A DNA stretch of 64,000 nt from Gammaproteobacteria bacterium (GTDB lineage: Bacteria > Pseudomonadota > Gammaproteobacteria > JAJFJF01): assembly GCA_021774255.1 (NCBI GenBank), contig JAJFJF010000010.1:3947-67946 (forward strand), read 5' to 3'. Of this stretch, positions 52,349 to 62,974 are shown piece by piece. The position numbers and the translations under genes were made by a program. Position 1 is the first letter of the stretch. Every line of letters begins with the position of its first letter. Below the pieces are notes generated by a model, which made no database searches, was not told the origin of the DNA, and saw nothing but the letters and a program-made list of their open reading frames with translations.

Positions 52349-53239
52349 ATGTCCATGGCCAAAGTGCTTGCAGTAGTGAATCAAAAAGGTGGGGTCGGTA
52401 AGACGACCACGTCCGTTAATTTAGCCGCCAGCCTCGTGGCCACCAAACGACGCATTCTGCTGGTTGATCTTGATCCGCAAGGCAATGCCACCATGGGCAG
52501 TGGTGTCAATAAAAACGAACTCCAAAACTCGGTGGTCGATGTGTTATTAGGTGAAGTCTCTGCCAGCCAGGCACGCGTGAAATCAACACCTGCCGGCTAT
52601 GATTTATTACCCAGTAATAGCGAACTCACCGCTGCAGAAGTGCAGCTATTACAGCGCCAAAATGGCTGTTTAAATTTAAAACAAGCCTTAGCCGAAGTAG
52701 GCGCCCAATACGATTTTATGGTGATCGATTGCCCACCGTCATTGAGCATGTTAACGCTTAACGCTTTAGTGGCGGCGAACTCGGTGTTGATCACCATGCA
52801 ATGCGAATATTATGCATTGGAAGGCTTGAGCAGTTTGCTCGAGACCATTCAACAACTACAAGGCCATTTAAACCCGGCGTTAGAGGTCGAAGGTTTAGTG
52901 CGCACGATGTATGACCCACGTAATCGTTTGGCAATGGAAGTGTCATCGCAATTACACGAACATTTTGGCGACAAGGTTTATCGTACGGTGATCCCACGCA
53001 ATGTGCGCTTAGCCGAAGCGCCAAGTTATGGCTTACCCATTTTGTTATACGATAAAAATTGTGCGGGCGCGAAAGCGTATTTAACCTTAACCGGCGAATT
53101 TTTACGCCGACACGACCGTCAAACCCAAGACGAAAATAGACAGACGCCTCAACAAGAAGCGGCAAATAAAGCAAACACCGTCACAGCAGGCGCTGCCTTT
53201 GATGCTGCGCAAAACAATCTGGAGCAATCTCATGACTAA
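52349..53239 (+). CDS. parA: Chromosome partitioning ATPase ParA/Soj
   Basis: VNQKGGVGKTTTSVNLAASL deviant Walker A. Confidence 0.9.
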   Translation: MSMAKVLAVVNQKGGVGKTTTSVNLAASLVATKRRILLVDLDPQGNATMGSGVNKNELQNSVVDVLLGEVSASQARVKSTPAGYDLLPSNSELTAAEVQLLQRQNGCLNLKQALAEVGAQYDFMVIDCPPSLSMLTLNALVAANSVLITMQCEYYALEGLSSLLETIQQLQGHLNPALEVEGLVRTMYDPRNRLAMEVSSQLHEHFGDKVYRTVIPRNVRLAEAPSYGLPILLYDKNCAGAKAYLTLTGEFLRRHDRQTQDENRQTPQQEAANKANTVTAGAAFDAAQNNLEQSHD

Positions 53240-54119
53240 AAAAAGAGGTTTAGGCCGCAGTTTAGAATCATTGTTGCAAGGAACACATTCCGCTGTGAAT
53301 CCACCAGAAGTCAATGATCCGGGTGTCGATATTCCACCCGAGCAAGGTGAGTTACGGCATCTACCCATTGAATTTTTGCAGCGCAGCCCCTATCAGCCGC
53401 GCCGTGACTTCGACCCAGATGCGCTCGAGCAGTTAGCCAATTCCATCCGTAAGCAAGGCATTATGCAGCCGGTGGTGGTGCGACCTATTGCCGATAATCA
53501 CTATGAGCTGATCGCCGGTGAGCGTCGCTGGCGTGCTGCGCAATTAGTGGCGTTGGCGGAGATCCCTGCCCTTATTCGCCCGGTATCTGATGAAGCCGCC
53601 ATGGCCATGGCGTTGATTGAAAATATCCAGCGTGAAAATTTAAATGCGGTGGAAGAAGCGTTTGCCTTACAGCGTTTAGTGGATGAATTTGGTCTCACCC
53701 ACCAAGAAGTGGCCGATTCAGTGGGTCGCTCACGTGTGGCGGTGAGCAATTTATTACGCTTATTAAGCTTGCACCCTGATGTGCAAACCTTGCTCGAGCA
53801 TGGCGATTTGGAAATGGGCCATGCCCGTGCGTTACTGAGTTTAGCCGGCGAGCAGCAATTGTCAGCGGCGCGTTTAGTCATTAATCGTGACTTATCTGTA
53901 CGCGCGACCGAGAAGCTTGTCCGCCAATTGCAAAGCCCAGCTTCTGTCAATATTGGGGAAGATGAGCTTGATCCCAACATCCGCCGCCTGCAAGAAGACC
54001 TATCTGAAAAGCTAGGTGCGGAAGTAAAAGTTCAATCTATCAATAAGAAAAAGGGTAAGTTAGTAATCACTTACAATAGCCTGGAAGAGCTCGACGGGAT
54101 CTTAGCGCATATTAAATAA
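53232..54119 (+). CDS. parB: Chromosome partitioning protein ParB/Spo0J
   Basis: MTKKRGLGRSLESLL N-terminus, ParB box LIENIQRENLN, HTH. Confidence 0.9.
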   Translation: MTKKRGLGRSLESLLQGTHSAVNPPEVNDPGVDIPPEQGELRHLPIEFLQRSPYQPRRDFDPDALEQLANSIRKQGIMQPVVVRPIADNHYELIAGERRWRAAQLVALAEIPALIRPVSDEAAMAMALIENIQRENLNAVEEAFALQRLVDEFGLTHQEVADSVGRSRVAVSNLLRLLSLHPDVQTLLEHGDLEMGHARALLSLAGEQQLSAARLVINRDLSVRATEKLVRQLQSPASVNIGEDELDPNIRRLQEDLSEKLGAEVKVQSINKKKGKLVITYNSLEELDGILAHIK

Positions 54120-54322
54120 AGGTGATTCACCTGCGACAGCGCTGCTTGGCCTTTGGTTGTTCAAGGCGCGAGTGTTCGCCTTTTTCAAAAAACGAAGATG
54201 ATCCCCGCTCAAGAAAGAGGAAGCACATTCTCGTGGGTAGAATGAGTTTGAAGAGAAAGAGGTTGGCTTGAAACAGTAGTTATAAGGCTGACAAATCCAA
54301 TGTGTTTTTTTTCTGCTTAGGT

Positions 54323-55237
54323 TCAATTTTTGTCGGGACTGGGATCATCATCGCCCGGTGCGGCATGGAACCACAGAAACTGGCTGAGGTGCGGCGGCAG
54401 CAGACTATTAATATAGCCGCTCAAAATTTCCCCCAAGTTGCTCTGCTGCTTGTGGATCGGCTTATTCGCATTAGCCCTAGCAAGCAGCATCTTTGAGAGA
54501 GTGTGATGGCCATTGACAGCGGCGTAATTGGCGGCAACATAGCCATCGTTATCCTTTAGCGCGGGATCGGCTCCGCTGGCTAGCAGCCATTGAACTACTT
54601 TAAAATTGCCACTGCCAGCAGCCAGGTCCAGCGTTGTCGGACCACGCGAGCCAGGCTCTTCCGGATCTGCCACACGATGATTAACATTTTCTTTCGTTAC
54701 GCCAAGCACTCTTAAGACATTAAGGTGGCCAAGGTAGCTAGCGGTGTGGATAGCCGAAAAACCTTTGGCATCTGCCAGAGTGGGATCGGCTCCGATCTTT
54801 AGCAGCCAGAGCACCGTTTCAACCCTACCGCTGCCCACAGCTGTTTGTAGCAGCATGCAACCATGAAAAAGCTGATCGTTGGGATCCATTAAACGTTGAT
54901 TAACATTTTTCTTCGTCACGCCAAATGCTTTCAAGAAATTTGTGTAACCATGTACGGCAGAGAGAAAGGCAAGGTTAACCCCTAAGTCATTTGGCTGGGA
55001 AGGATCGGCTGCAAGAACGGCCAAGCGCTGCAGCATAGCCGCTTCGTCGTAAGCTGCGTGGGCGTCTTGCGCGCCAACTTGATGGCTAGCGTAATAGGCC
55101 TGATCTTCCTGTGGATTTTTTTCCTGATGTTCACCTGGAGGCGAGTGGTCACCCTCTGCAACCCCGCTTCCCGTTAAGGTAAGCAGTGTCATGAAAACAA
55201 AAGAAATCTTTTTCATTTTGGCGTTGAAACACAGCAA
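54323..55237 (-). CDS. Secreted ankyrin-repeat protein (signal peptide plus 5 or more ANK repeats)
   Basis: MKKISFVFMTLLTLTGSGVA signal. Repeats such as GCMLLQTAVGSGRVETVLWLLKIGADPTLADAKGFSAIHTASYLGHLNVLRVL match the ANK consensus. Confidence 0.7.
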   Translation of the reverse strand: MLCFNAKMKKISFVFMTLLTLTGSGVAEGDHSPPGEHQEKNPQEDQAYYASHQVGAQDAHAAYDEAAMLQRLAVLAADPSQPNDLGVNLAFLSAVHGYTNFLKAFGVTKKNVNQRLMDPNDQLFHGCMLLQTAVGSGRVETVLWLLKIGADPTLADAKGFSAIHTASYLGHLNVLRVLGVTKENVNHRVADPEEPGSRGPTTLDLAAGSGNFKVVQWLLASGADPALKDNDGYVAANYAAVNGHHTLSKMLLARANANKPIHKQQSNLGEILSGYINSLLPPHLSQFLWFHAAPGDDDPSPDKN

Positions 55238-55346
55238 CGATAATCATAGAACAAAAATACACTTCTTCTCTCTGTATATGGCGTAACATCACTGTGTACG
55301 CCACATGAAAAAATTTTCCTTCCCCAAAAACGATGTGAGCGCTTAC

Positions 55347-55390
55347 TCAAAAACATGCACGCTAGCGTTACTCTCTATATAGATAGACAC
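55347..55390. promoter_or_regulatory. Copy D (divergent, opposite orientation) of the effector-gene upstream motif: TCAAAAACATGCACGCTAGCGTTACTCTCTATATAGATAGACAC
   Basis: Compare with the reverse complement of copy A, AAAAATTTACATGCTCGTGTTACTCTATATCTATAG. Located about 110 nt upstream of the ankyrin gene start and overlapping the nagZ 3' end. Confidence 0.45.
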
Positions 55391-56463
55391 AGTGTCTTTT
55401 TGTTTTTCTGCTTTAAGGTCATCACACGCTGATGCGCTTCTGTAATACGCGCCTCCGGAATATCCCCTTCACGCACGGCTTTTTCAAGCGCGCCCATTAC
55501 TTCTTCATAAAGGTCGGGCTGGTAATCTAATTGATTGCCAAAAATAAACATATCGACGCCTGCATTGATGCTCAATATCAATGCTTCTGAGAGTGTGTAG
55601 TGATCAGCCGCCGCTTTCATTTGCAGATCGTCAGCGATCACAACGCCGTTATAATTCAATTGTTCGCGCAACAGTCCTGTGATCATTGCGTGTGACAGTG
55701 TTGCGGGCAGTGCGGTGCTATCAAGTGTGTGATTGACTAAATGCCCCGCCATCACCATGCCATCAAATGTGCCGAGTAATTGTTGGTATGGCAGCAGTTC
55801 GCTTGCTTGCCAGGTGTCAGTGATATCCGTCGCGGCAAGATGCGTATCGTGTAAGCTACTGCCATGGCCGGGGAAGTGTTTTAAACAGCCAAGCAAACCT
55901 GCTTCATTAAATGCGGTTAATACTTGCTGTGCATGGGCTGAAACCACTTCTGGGTTATCCGAAAAAGCACGCCCTCTTGCGCCAATCACCGGGCACTGCG
56001 CATTATCAATATCAACAACCGGTGCAAAATTAAGATTGATGCCATATGAGGCTAAAAGCGCAGCCGTTTCTTTTGCGGCCTCATACGTTGCGGCCAAATC
56101 ATTTTGCGTGCCTAAGGTTTTTGCTGGGATTGGCGCGGCCGCAAAATTTTCAAAACCATTTTCAGATGAAAGACGCGCCACGCTGCCACCTTCTTGATCC
56201 ACGCTAATCAATAAAGGCTCGGTCTGTAGGCGTTGTAATTGAGTGGTGAGCGCACGTAACTGCGCGGGGCTTTCAATATTATCCGCAAACAAAATCACGC
56301 CCCCCAGCGAGTGTTGGGAGATCGCTGGGTAAAGCGGGTCGCTTGCTGCAAGCTGCGACCCACGAAACCCAAAGATGAATAACTGCCCAAGTATTTGTCT
56401 TAAATGCATGCGGGTGATTATACGTGAAGTCACAGCGACTTGTCGGTGGCAATAAAAAGACAA
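55375..56463 (-). CDS. nagZ: Beta-N-acetylhexosaminidase NagZ-like (GH3 N-terminal domain)
   Basis: KHFPGHGSSLHDTHLAATDIT and the upstream PVVDID..AQ region are the GH3/NagZ active-site context. Confidence 0.75.
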   Translation of the reverse strand: MSFYCHRQVAVTSRIITRMHLRQILGQLFIFGFRGSQLAASDPLYPAISQHSLGGVILFADNIESPAQLRALTTQLQRLQTEPLLISVDQEGGSVARLSSENGFENFAAAPIPAKTLGTQNDLAATYEAAKETAALLASYGINLNFAPVVDIDNAQCPVIGARGRAFSDNPEVVSAHAQQVLTAFNEAGLLGCLKHFPGHGSSLHDTHLAATDITDTWQASELLPYQQLLGTFDGMVMAGHLVNHTLDSTALPATLSHAMITGLLREQLNYNGVVIADDLQMKAAADHYTLSEALILSINAGVDMFIFGNQLDYQPDLYEEVMGALEKAVREGDIPEARITEAHQRVMTLKQKNKKTLCLSI

Positions 56464-56567
56464 CGGCGGCGAATGATGGCGCTCCTTTACAAGGAGAGAG
56501 AGAATGCATACTATTATAAAAAGCTAGCTAAATAGCTAATAATGACAATGCAGGGGGGACAAGTACC

Positions 56568-57674
56568 ATGTCATTGTTTTCAAAATATTTTTACCACATT
56601 TCCTTAAAGGAAATGTTTTTAATCTCTTCAGCAGTTTTATTCTGTCTAAGTTTCATCACCCTCAGCCACGCTGAAGTGGTGGCACAAAATGACACGGCAG
56701 CAAAAACCCCTCTCTACCAACTAGAGTTTACGGATCTTAGGATGCGCGCCTGCGTGCTTGAGCTTGCCGGGGAGGTTGGGGCCCCGGTCTATGCGGAAGA
56801 TGTCGAAGAGCTTTTTTGCCAAGCAAAAGGGATTGTTGAGCTGGATGGCATCGAAAGTCTGGTTAGTTTAAGAGAGTTCCGTGCAATATATAACAACATA
56901 AAAGATATCGCGCCCACGTTTGGGTTGAAGAAATTAGAAATTCTGGATTTAGAAGATAATCGTATTCGCGCAGTAGACGGGATTGGTGCATTAAAAAAAT
57001 TAGAAATTTTAAATCTCGGTGGAAACCCACTTAGAAGTGTTGCCCCGATAGCAGAGCTACCTAAATTAAAAGAAGCGTGGCTTTATGAGGCGCGCATTAA
57101 AGATATTTCATCATTAGGGAATATAAAAACACTTGAGATCCTCGATCTCAATTTTAATCAAATTAGAGAGATTGGGGATTTAAGTAGGCTAAAAAATTTA
57201 GAACAGCTTCACCTCTTTCGTGCGCTGCAGTCTGGGGTTGATACGGATGTGCTTATCGAACCCATTGCTCAGTTAACAACACTGAAAAGAATTACGCTGG
57301 GAGATAACAATTTAACAGATCTATCGCCACTGGATAATCTAAATAAACTTGAGACCATCGATGCGGGCTTTAACCTCATCAGCGACACGTCATTTCTGAT
57401 AGGCAAAGAAAACCTGAAGACGCTTTATCTAGATGGTAATAAAGTAACTCGAATGGATCATCTTACAGGGTTGGTCAGTCTTGAAAACTTGCATTTGCAA
57501 ACCAATCGAATAGAAACCATCCCCGACGATGTTATTGACGCATTCCAAAGTAATTTAACGGCATTAGGATGGATGAATATCAGCGGGAATCCTATTAGGG
57601 ACTGCGAGGATGTTTACCAGCTGGAAGCGGCACTACCGGATGTGACCATTGTTATTCCCGAACACTGTAAATAA
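56568..57674 (+). CDS. Secreted bacterial-type (internalin-like, 22 aa period) leucine-rich-repeat protein
   Basis: Signal/TM, then about 12 repeats of LxxLxxLxLxxNxIxDIxxL (LEILDLEDNRIRAVDGIGALKKLEILNLGGNPLRSV...). Confidence 0.65.
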   Translation: MSLFSKYFYHISLKEMFLISSAVLFCLSFITLSHAEVVAQNDTAAKTPLYQLEFTDLRMRACVLELAGEVGAPVYAEDVEELFCQAKGIVELDGIESLVSLREFRAIYNNIKDIAPTFGLKKLEILDLEDNRIRAVDGIGALKKLEILNLGGNPLRSVAPIAELPKLKEAWLYEARIKDISSLGNIKTLEILDLNFNQIREIGDLSRLKNLEQLHLFRALQSGVDTDVLIEPIAQLTTLKRITLGDNNLTDLSPLDNLNKLETIDAGFNLISDTSFLIGKENLKTLYLDGNKVTRMDHLTGLVSLENLHLQTNRIETIPDDVIDAFQSNLTALGWMNISGNPIRDCEDVYQLEAALPDVTIVIPEHCK

Positions 57675-57685
57675 GGAGGTCGCTG

Positions 57686-58375
57686 TTAACCCGTGAATGC
57701 AAGCTTGCGTTCAATATGGGCGTAATCTGGTGTGGTACCAGCAGAGGGCTTACTGTGAGAAGTATACTGCGCGAGCACCCAGCCGTCAGCATAATCTTCG
57801 GTTTCATGATGGCTAAGGTGTATAAGATGCTCTTCATCGAGTGCTTGTCGCCATGCTTTATAAACCTTGTGGCCAATGGGTTTGTGTGGTGCAACGTTAT
57901 CAATAATCACAATGGTTTTATCATGCGCCGCCTGCTTGAAATGTAAGATATCGTGATACGCCGTTTTAACACCATGGCCGCCATCAATAAAAATCAAATC
58001 AAATTGGCGGGGGTGGTGCGCAAGATAGGTCGGCACACTCTCATTGGAATTGCCTGCAATCAAAGTATGCTGCCGGGCAAAGCGCGCATCAATATACAGC
58101 TTACCCAAATGCGAATAAGCATGCTGCATAATATCGAACGACACCATTTGCGTATCCACGCCCGCTGCGCGCAATAACATCTCCGCAGAATGCCCGGCAT
58201 TAAAACCCACTTCCGCAATATTTTTTATCCAAGGATTTTCTTTTAGCGTTTGTGCAAAAAAATGTGCATGAATAGCTTGGCTGTGGCCGCCCAAACTTTC
58301 AGCTGGGTGCCCAAGGCGCGCTAGAAAGTCTTCTAGGGTTTCGTTTTCAGAGAGGGGCTTTGGTAAGTGTCGCAT
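57686..58375 (-). CDS. Class I SAM-dependent O-methyltransferase (TylF/MycF-like)
   Basis: IAEVGFNAGHSAEMLL SAM-binding motif and DLIFIDGGH. Confidence 0.6.
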   Translation of the reverse strand: MRHLPKPLSENETLEDFLARLGHPAESLGGHSQAIHAHFFAQTLKENPWIKNIAEVGFNAGHSAEMLLRAAGVDTQMVSFDIMQHAYSHLGKLYIDARFARQHTLIAGNSNESVPTYLAHHPRQFDLIFIDGGHGVKTAYHDILHFKQAAHDKTIVIIDNVAPHKPIGHKVYKAWRQALDEEHLIHLSHHETEDYADGWVLAQYTSHSKPSAGTTPDYAHIERKLAFTG

Positions 58376-58450
58376 ATTGACTTCATCGAAACGTTATTTT
58401 TGACGGTGAATTGCTTTGTTACTGTGGTGTTTAGAAGAAGTTAGTGCTCA

Positions 58451-58999
58451 CTAAGCTGGGCGTTTCTGTGGTGGCGCCAAATGTTTGGCAACCCGTCTAT
58501 CAAGCTGCGCCAGCCAACGATCGATACGTTTTTTGTTTACATTAAAATCAAAATAACCATATCGCGCGCGGCTGTAAATAGCGAGCGTGGATTGCTTATT
58601 CGGCAAATCAAAAAATTGCACCGTAATAAAATCAGGAAAGCGGAACATAAAACTATGTTCACGATACACATACTGCCCACTTTCTGGGTACGCGGCTTTT
58701 AAGGTCACGCGTTTTTCACGTGCGAGCATTTCTTCCCACAATTCATATAACACGCTGGCCGGCACGGCAAAATCAGGGCTGACTTCATGCGGCAGCGCAG
58801 GCGCCATCCAGGCGGGCGAAATTAAATAATAATTGGGGCGATGAGGCGGCGCGAGCTCACTGAAATCAACTTCACTTTCCAGCGCACTGCTGAGCTGTGA
58901 GAAAGTAAGTAACAAAATAGCCAGCACACCAGAAATTAACTGTAGAAAAGTAGGGGCAGCCCCCTGTGGCTGCCCGGGTTGACAGGCCTTGTTTTGCAT
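58451..58999 (-). CDS. DUF1499-family protein
   Basis: The 182 aa ORF is probably shorter in reality, because its first 20 codons are encoded by repeat family 2. The conserved part is the C-terminal RYGYFDFNVNKKRIDRWL region. Confidence 0.45.
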   Translation of the reverse strand: MQNKACQPGQPQGAAPTFLQLISGVLAILLLTFSQLSSALESEVDFSELAPPHRPNYYLISPAWMAPALPHEVSPDFAVPASVLYELWEEMLAREKRVTLKAAYPESGQYVYREHSFMFRFPDFITVQFFDLPNKQSTLAIYSRARYGYFDFNVNKKRIDRWLAQLDRRVAKHLAPPQKRPA

Positions 59000-59203
59000 T
59001 TCGATAAGAAACTGTTTTTATTGCGATTTGCTTGGATTATACCTCAAAACGCATGCAAAATGAAGTCGAAAATAGGGGGACGGTGATTAATGCCAAATTG
59101 GGTTGGCTTTAAGCTTCAGTATGAGCGGCCCAGGCTTTTGTTAGGAGGAGTCAATAACGGGCTGTCATAGACTCTCACTTAGCATCCTTTTATACTCTCA
59201 TTC

Positions 59204-60643
59204 ATGGTGAATAATAAAAAATCTTCTGCCCCTTCAGCGGCAAAGCCACTGAGCGTTGTTATTTTGGCAGCTGGCCAAGGCAAGCGCATGAAATCGGCGC
59301 TGCCAAAGTGCTTGCACCCGCTCGCGGGCAAGCCCTTGTTGCGCTATGTGATTGACGCGGCGCAGCGCCTCACGCCCGACGCTATTTATGTGGTCATCGG
59401 CCACGGCGGCGAGCAATTGCGTGCCGCATTTGAGCAAGAAAAAATCACCTGGGTCGAACAGACCAAACAGCGCGGGACGGGCCACGCTGTGCAACAAGCC
59501 ATGCCACATATTCCAGATGACCATCAGGTTTTAATTCTTAACGGCGATATGCCGCTACTCTCCCCTGACACATTAAGAAACCTCTGTGCAGAGATTGAGG
59601 CCGAACAAGTGCGGATGCTCACGGCAATAGTGGACGACCCAACAGACTACGGCCGCATTCTTCGCGATACCGATGGATCAGTCATTGCCATTGTGGAAGA
59701 AAAAGACGCCATCCCTGCAGAGAAAGATATTTGTGAAGTCAATACCAATGCGTATTTGGCTAACGCGGGGCAACTGTCTGTCTGGCTAAAAAAAGTTAAA
59801 AATAGGAATGCCCAACGTGAATACTATTTGCCCGATATCATCCCCTTCGCGCGACAGGATGGCGGCGAAATTGTCGCTATGCCCATTGCATCAGAACTTG
59901 AAGTATCTAATGTCAATTCGCGGCAAGATTTGGCTGAGCTGGAAGCTGCCGTGCAAGAAATTTACACCGATCATATGATGAGCGGCGGCGTGACACTCAT
60001 CGACCCTTTGAATGTGTATGTGCGCGGACAAGTCGGCTTTGAAAAAGATGTGGTCATTGATGTGAACGTGGTGCTTGAAGGCGAAACATTTTTAGGTGAA
60101 GGCTGTCGCATTGAACCACATTGTGTGATACGCAATAGTTGTATCGGTGCAGGCGCGATAGTGAAAGCAAACAGCGTGATAGAAAATTCAATTATAGAAG
60201 AGGGGTGTGAAATTGGCCCCTTTGCGCGCTTGCGGGAAATGGCGATTATCAAACAAGGCGTAAAAATTGGGAATTTTGTGGAAATAAAAAGAAGCATGGT
60301 TGAGGAGGGAAGTAAAATCAACCACCTCAGTTATATCGGCAATGCGGAAATTGGTCGCGACGTGAATATCGGTGCAGGTGTGATCACCTGTAACTATGAC
60401 GGTGCCAATAAACATAAAACAACCATTGGCGATCGCGCCTTTATTGGTTCAAACGTACAATTAATTGCGCCGGTGACCGTTGGTGATGATGCGACAATCG
60501 GTGCAGGCTCAACCATCACAGAAGATGCGCCGCCGAATAAACTGACCTTAAGTCGCCCCAAGCAGGTTACCGTAGAAAACTGGGCGCGCCCTAAAAAGCA
60601 AAAAACAAGCAAACGCTCGAAAAAAGAAAGGAGCAAATCATGA
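59204..60643 (+). CDS. glmU: Bifunctional UDP-GlcNAc pyrophosphorylase / GlcN-1-P acetyltransferase GlmU
   Basis: LSVVILAAGQGKRMKS N-terminus and the C-terminal left-handed beta-helix hexapeptide repeats. Confidence 0.95.
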   Translation: MVNNKKSSAPSAAKPLSVVILAAGQGKRMKSALPKCLHPLAGKPLLRYVIDAAQRLTPDAIYVVIGHGGEQLRAAFEQEKITWVEQTKQRGTGHAVQQAMPHIPDDHQVLILNGDMPLLSPDTLRNLCAEIEAEQVRMLTAIVDDPTDYGRILRDTDGSVIAIVEEKDAIPAEKDICEVNTNAYLANAGQLSVWLKKVKNRNAQREYYLPDIIPFARQDGGEIVAMPIASELEVSNVNSRQDLAELEAAVQEIYTDHMMSGGVTLIDPLNVYVRGQVGFEKDVVIDVNVVLEGETFLGEGCRIEPHCVIRNSCIGAGAIVKANSVIENSIIEEGCEIGPFARLREMAIIKQGVKIGNFVEIKRSMVEEGSKINHLSYIGNAEIGRDVNIGAGVITCNYDGANKHKTTIGDRAFIGSNVQLIAPVTVGDDATIGAGSTITEDAPPNKLTLSRPKQVTVENWARPKKQKTSKRSKKERSKS

Positions 60644-61227
60644 ATGGACCAGCAGCTGAAGGTGGCCTGTTTTTAATTCAGGTTTTATTCGATTTCTTTA
60701 TCATTTTATTCATGCTGCGCGTGTTGCTGCAGCTGGTTGGCGCCAACTTTTATAATCCCTTAACACAATTTGTGGTGCGTTTAACCGAGCCTGTGCTCAA
60801 ACCCATGCGCCGCCTGGTGCCGACTGCCCGAAAAGTTGATTTGGCCGTGCTCGTTACCTTGGTTATCTTTACGTTGATTAAACTCGCGCTGCTCGTGTGG
60901 CTACAATATAAACACCCACCACATTTAACCGGTTTATTGCTCTGGGCCTTGGCCGATCTCCTGCGCCATGCCGAAAATATCTTTTTCTTTGCCTTGCTCG
61001 TTGAAATTATTTTAAGTTGGATTGCCCCAATGTCGCGTCACCCTGTGCGCGAAGTGGTGCACCAGCTCACTGCACCGGTGATGAATGTTGCGCGCCGCGT
61101 GATCCCACCCATCGGCGGCATTGATTTATCCCCCATCCCGATTTTATTGGGCTTAAAGCTCATTGAAATTGTGGTCGTCCATCCCATGATGCAAACAGGT
61201 GCGATGCTGGCGTTAGCAGGCCATTAA
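60640..61227 (+). CDS. yggT: YggT-family membrane protein
   Basis: Two YggT repeats (LIQVLFDFFIILFMLRVLLQ...; FFFALLVEIILSWIAP...). Confidence 0.7.
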   Translation: MNGPAAEGGLFLIQVLFDFFIILFMLRVLLQLVGANFYNPLTQFVVRLTEPVLKPMRRLVPTARKVDLAVLVTLVIFTLIKLALLVWLQYKHPPHLTGLLLWALADLLRHAENIFFFALLVEIILSWIAPMSRHPVREVVHQLTAPVMNVARRVIPPIGGIDLSPIPILLGLKLIEIVVVHPMMQTGAMLALAGH

Positions 61228-61228
61228 G

Positions 61229-61537
61229 GTGCCTTGGTATTGTTGGCAAGATAAAAAACTTTTTCTTGATCTTCACGTGCAGCCCGGTGCCAAGCGAACC
61301 CATGTGGTTGGCGAACACGGTGGGCGCTTAAAAATGAGTTTGAAGGCCGCTCCCGTTGAAGGCAAAGCCAATGAAACCCTTATCGCTTTTCTCGCGAATG
61401 CTTTTTCAGTGCCACGAAGGCAGGTGATCTTAGTCAAAGGTGTCAGCAGCCGTCAAAAACGAGTATTGATAGACGCCCCAACGCATTTTCCGGCGTGGTT
61501 ACCCCGCGATAAAGGCATTGGCATGGGGGCGCCATGA
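61229..61537 (+). CDS. DUF167/YggU-family protein
   Basis: LHVQPGAKRTHVVGEHGGRLKMSLKAAPVEGKANE is the YggU signature. Follows yggT as usual. Confidence 0.7.
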   Translation: MPWYCWQDKKLFLDLHVQPGAKRTHVVGEHGGRLKMSLKAAPVEGKANETLIAFLANAFSVPRRQVILVKGVSSRQKRVLIDAPTHFPAWLPRDKGIGMGAP

Positions 61538-61555
61538 GCGCGGCAATAATTTATC

Positions 61556-62566
61556 TTATGCCGACAAGTCAGACAGCGGCCAGCGGGGAGTCGCACGAAT
61601 AATGGGCGGCTCGGTTTGGCCGGCTTTCAGCCGCAGGTAACCGGTGTAAGCGACCATGGCGCCGTTGTCGGTGCAAAAAGCCGGACGGGGGTAATAGACC
61701 TGTGCATCAATGGCTTGGCAGCGGGTGGCGAGCTGGGCACGCAAATGTAAGTTAGCACTTACTCCGCCTGCAATCACAAGTCGCTTTCGGCCTGTTTGTA
61801 GAAGTGAGCGCTCACTTTTGATGCATAAAGTATCTACCACGGCTTCCTGAAAGGCGCGGGCAATATCGCGCCGTGCTTGCTCGCTTTGATCGCACGCCTG
61901 CCAGGCCGTGATGGCGGCAGTCTTCAAGCCACTGAAGCTAAAGTTCAGGCCAGGTCTGTCGGTCATCGGGCGCGGCAGGGTAAAACGGCCGGCCTCACCT
62001 TGCTCAGCCAAGGCAGCCAGCGCCGGCCCACCAGGGTAGGGCAAACCGAGCATTTTGGCGGTCTTGTCAAAGGCCTCACCGGCGGCGTCATCCAGCGATT
62101 CACCCAAAATTTCATACTGCCCAAAGGCCTTCACATCCACCAAGAGGGTGTGCCCGCCTGAGACGAGTAGCGCAACAAAAGGGTAATCGGGCGCCTCTTC
62201 TTCAAGCATGGGGGCAAGTAAATGCGCCTCCATATGGTGGACCCCTACGGCGGGGATCCCCAGCCCCCAGGCCAGGCTGCGACCCACGGCCGTGCCGACG
62301 AGCAGGGCGCCCACCAAACCGGGGCCGCAGGTATAGGCAATGCCATCGAGAGAGGCCAGCGGGGTGTCTGTCTCAGCAAGCAACTGTTTGAGTAGAGGTA
62401 AAATTTTGCGAATGTGATCCCGGGAGGCAAGCTCCGGCACCACGCCGCCGAACTCAGCGTGTAATTCGGTTTGGCTGTACAACGCTTGGCCCAGCAAGCC
62501 CTGCTCACTGTCATATATCGCGAGCCCTGTTTCATCACAGGAGGTTTCAAAGCCTAAAACACGCAT
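61556..62566 (-). CDS. tsaD: tRNA N6-adenosine threonylcarbamoyltransferase TsaD
   Basis: [19 protein letters not shown], and [10 protein letters not shown] metal-binding. Confidence 0.9.
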   Translation of the reverse strand: MRVLGFETSCDETGLAIYDSEQGLLGQALYSQTELHAEFGGVVPELASRDHIRKILPLLKQLLAETDTPLASLDGIAYTCGPGLVGALLVGTAVGRSLAWGLGIPAVGVHHMEAHLLAPMLEEEAPDYPFVALLVSGGHTLLVDVKAFGQYEILGESLDDAAGEAFDKTAKMLGLPYPGGPALAALAEQGEAGRFTLPRPMTDRPGLNFSFSGLKTAAITAWQACDQSEQARRDIARAFQEAVVDTLCIKSERSLLQTGRKRLVIAGGVSANLHLRAQLATRCQAIDAQVYYPRPAFCTDNGAMVAYTGYLRLKAGQTEPPIIRATPRWPLSDLSA

Positions 62567-62691
62567 AGATTAATTGCTTTTTTCTCAATTCGTACTAAAA
62601 TGACCGGTTCAGTTGGCGCCTTCTTTCCTCTTTTGGAGTTCGGTAAGGCCAGCCACAGTATAAATTCAGTGAGTCTTGAGGTACAGGCAGT

Positions 62692-62925
62692 ATGCCAAAT
62701 GTTTACATCAAAGAAGGCGAGCCCTTTGAGTTAGGGTTGCGTCGCTTTAAGCGCTTATGCGAAAAGGCCGGCATTTTAACCGAAGTGCGCCGCCGTGAAT
62801 TTTATGAAAAACCGACGTCTGAGCGTAAACGTAAGCGCGCGGCGGCGGTGAAGCGCCACCTTAAGCGTTTAAGCCGGGAGCGGTTTACCATTTCAGGTGG
62901 TACACGCCCTTCGCGCTCGCGCTAG
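62692..62925 (+). CDS. rpsU: 30S ribosomal protein S21
   Basis: [29 protein letters not shown]. Confidence 0.95.
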   Translation: MPNVYIKEGEPFELGLRRFKRLCEKAGILTEVRRREFYEKPTSERKRKRAAAVKRHLKRLSRERFTISGGTRPSRSR

Positions 62926-62974
62926 TTATCTAGCCATTCTTAATTATTAATATTTAACGAGCGAGTTCACGTTC

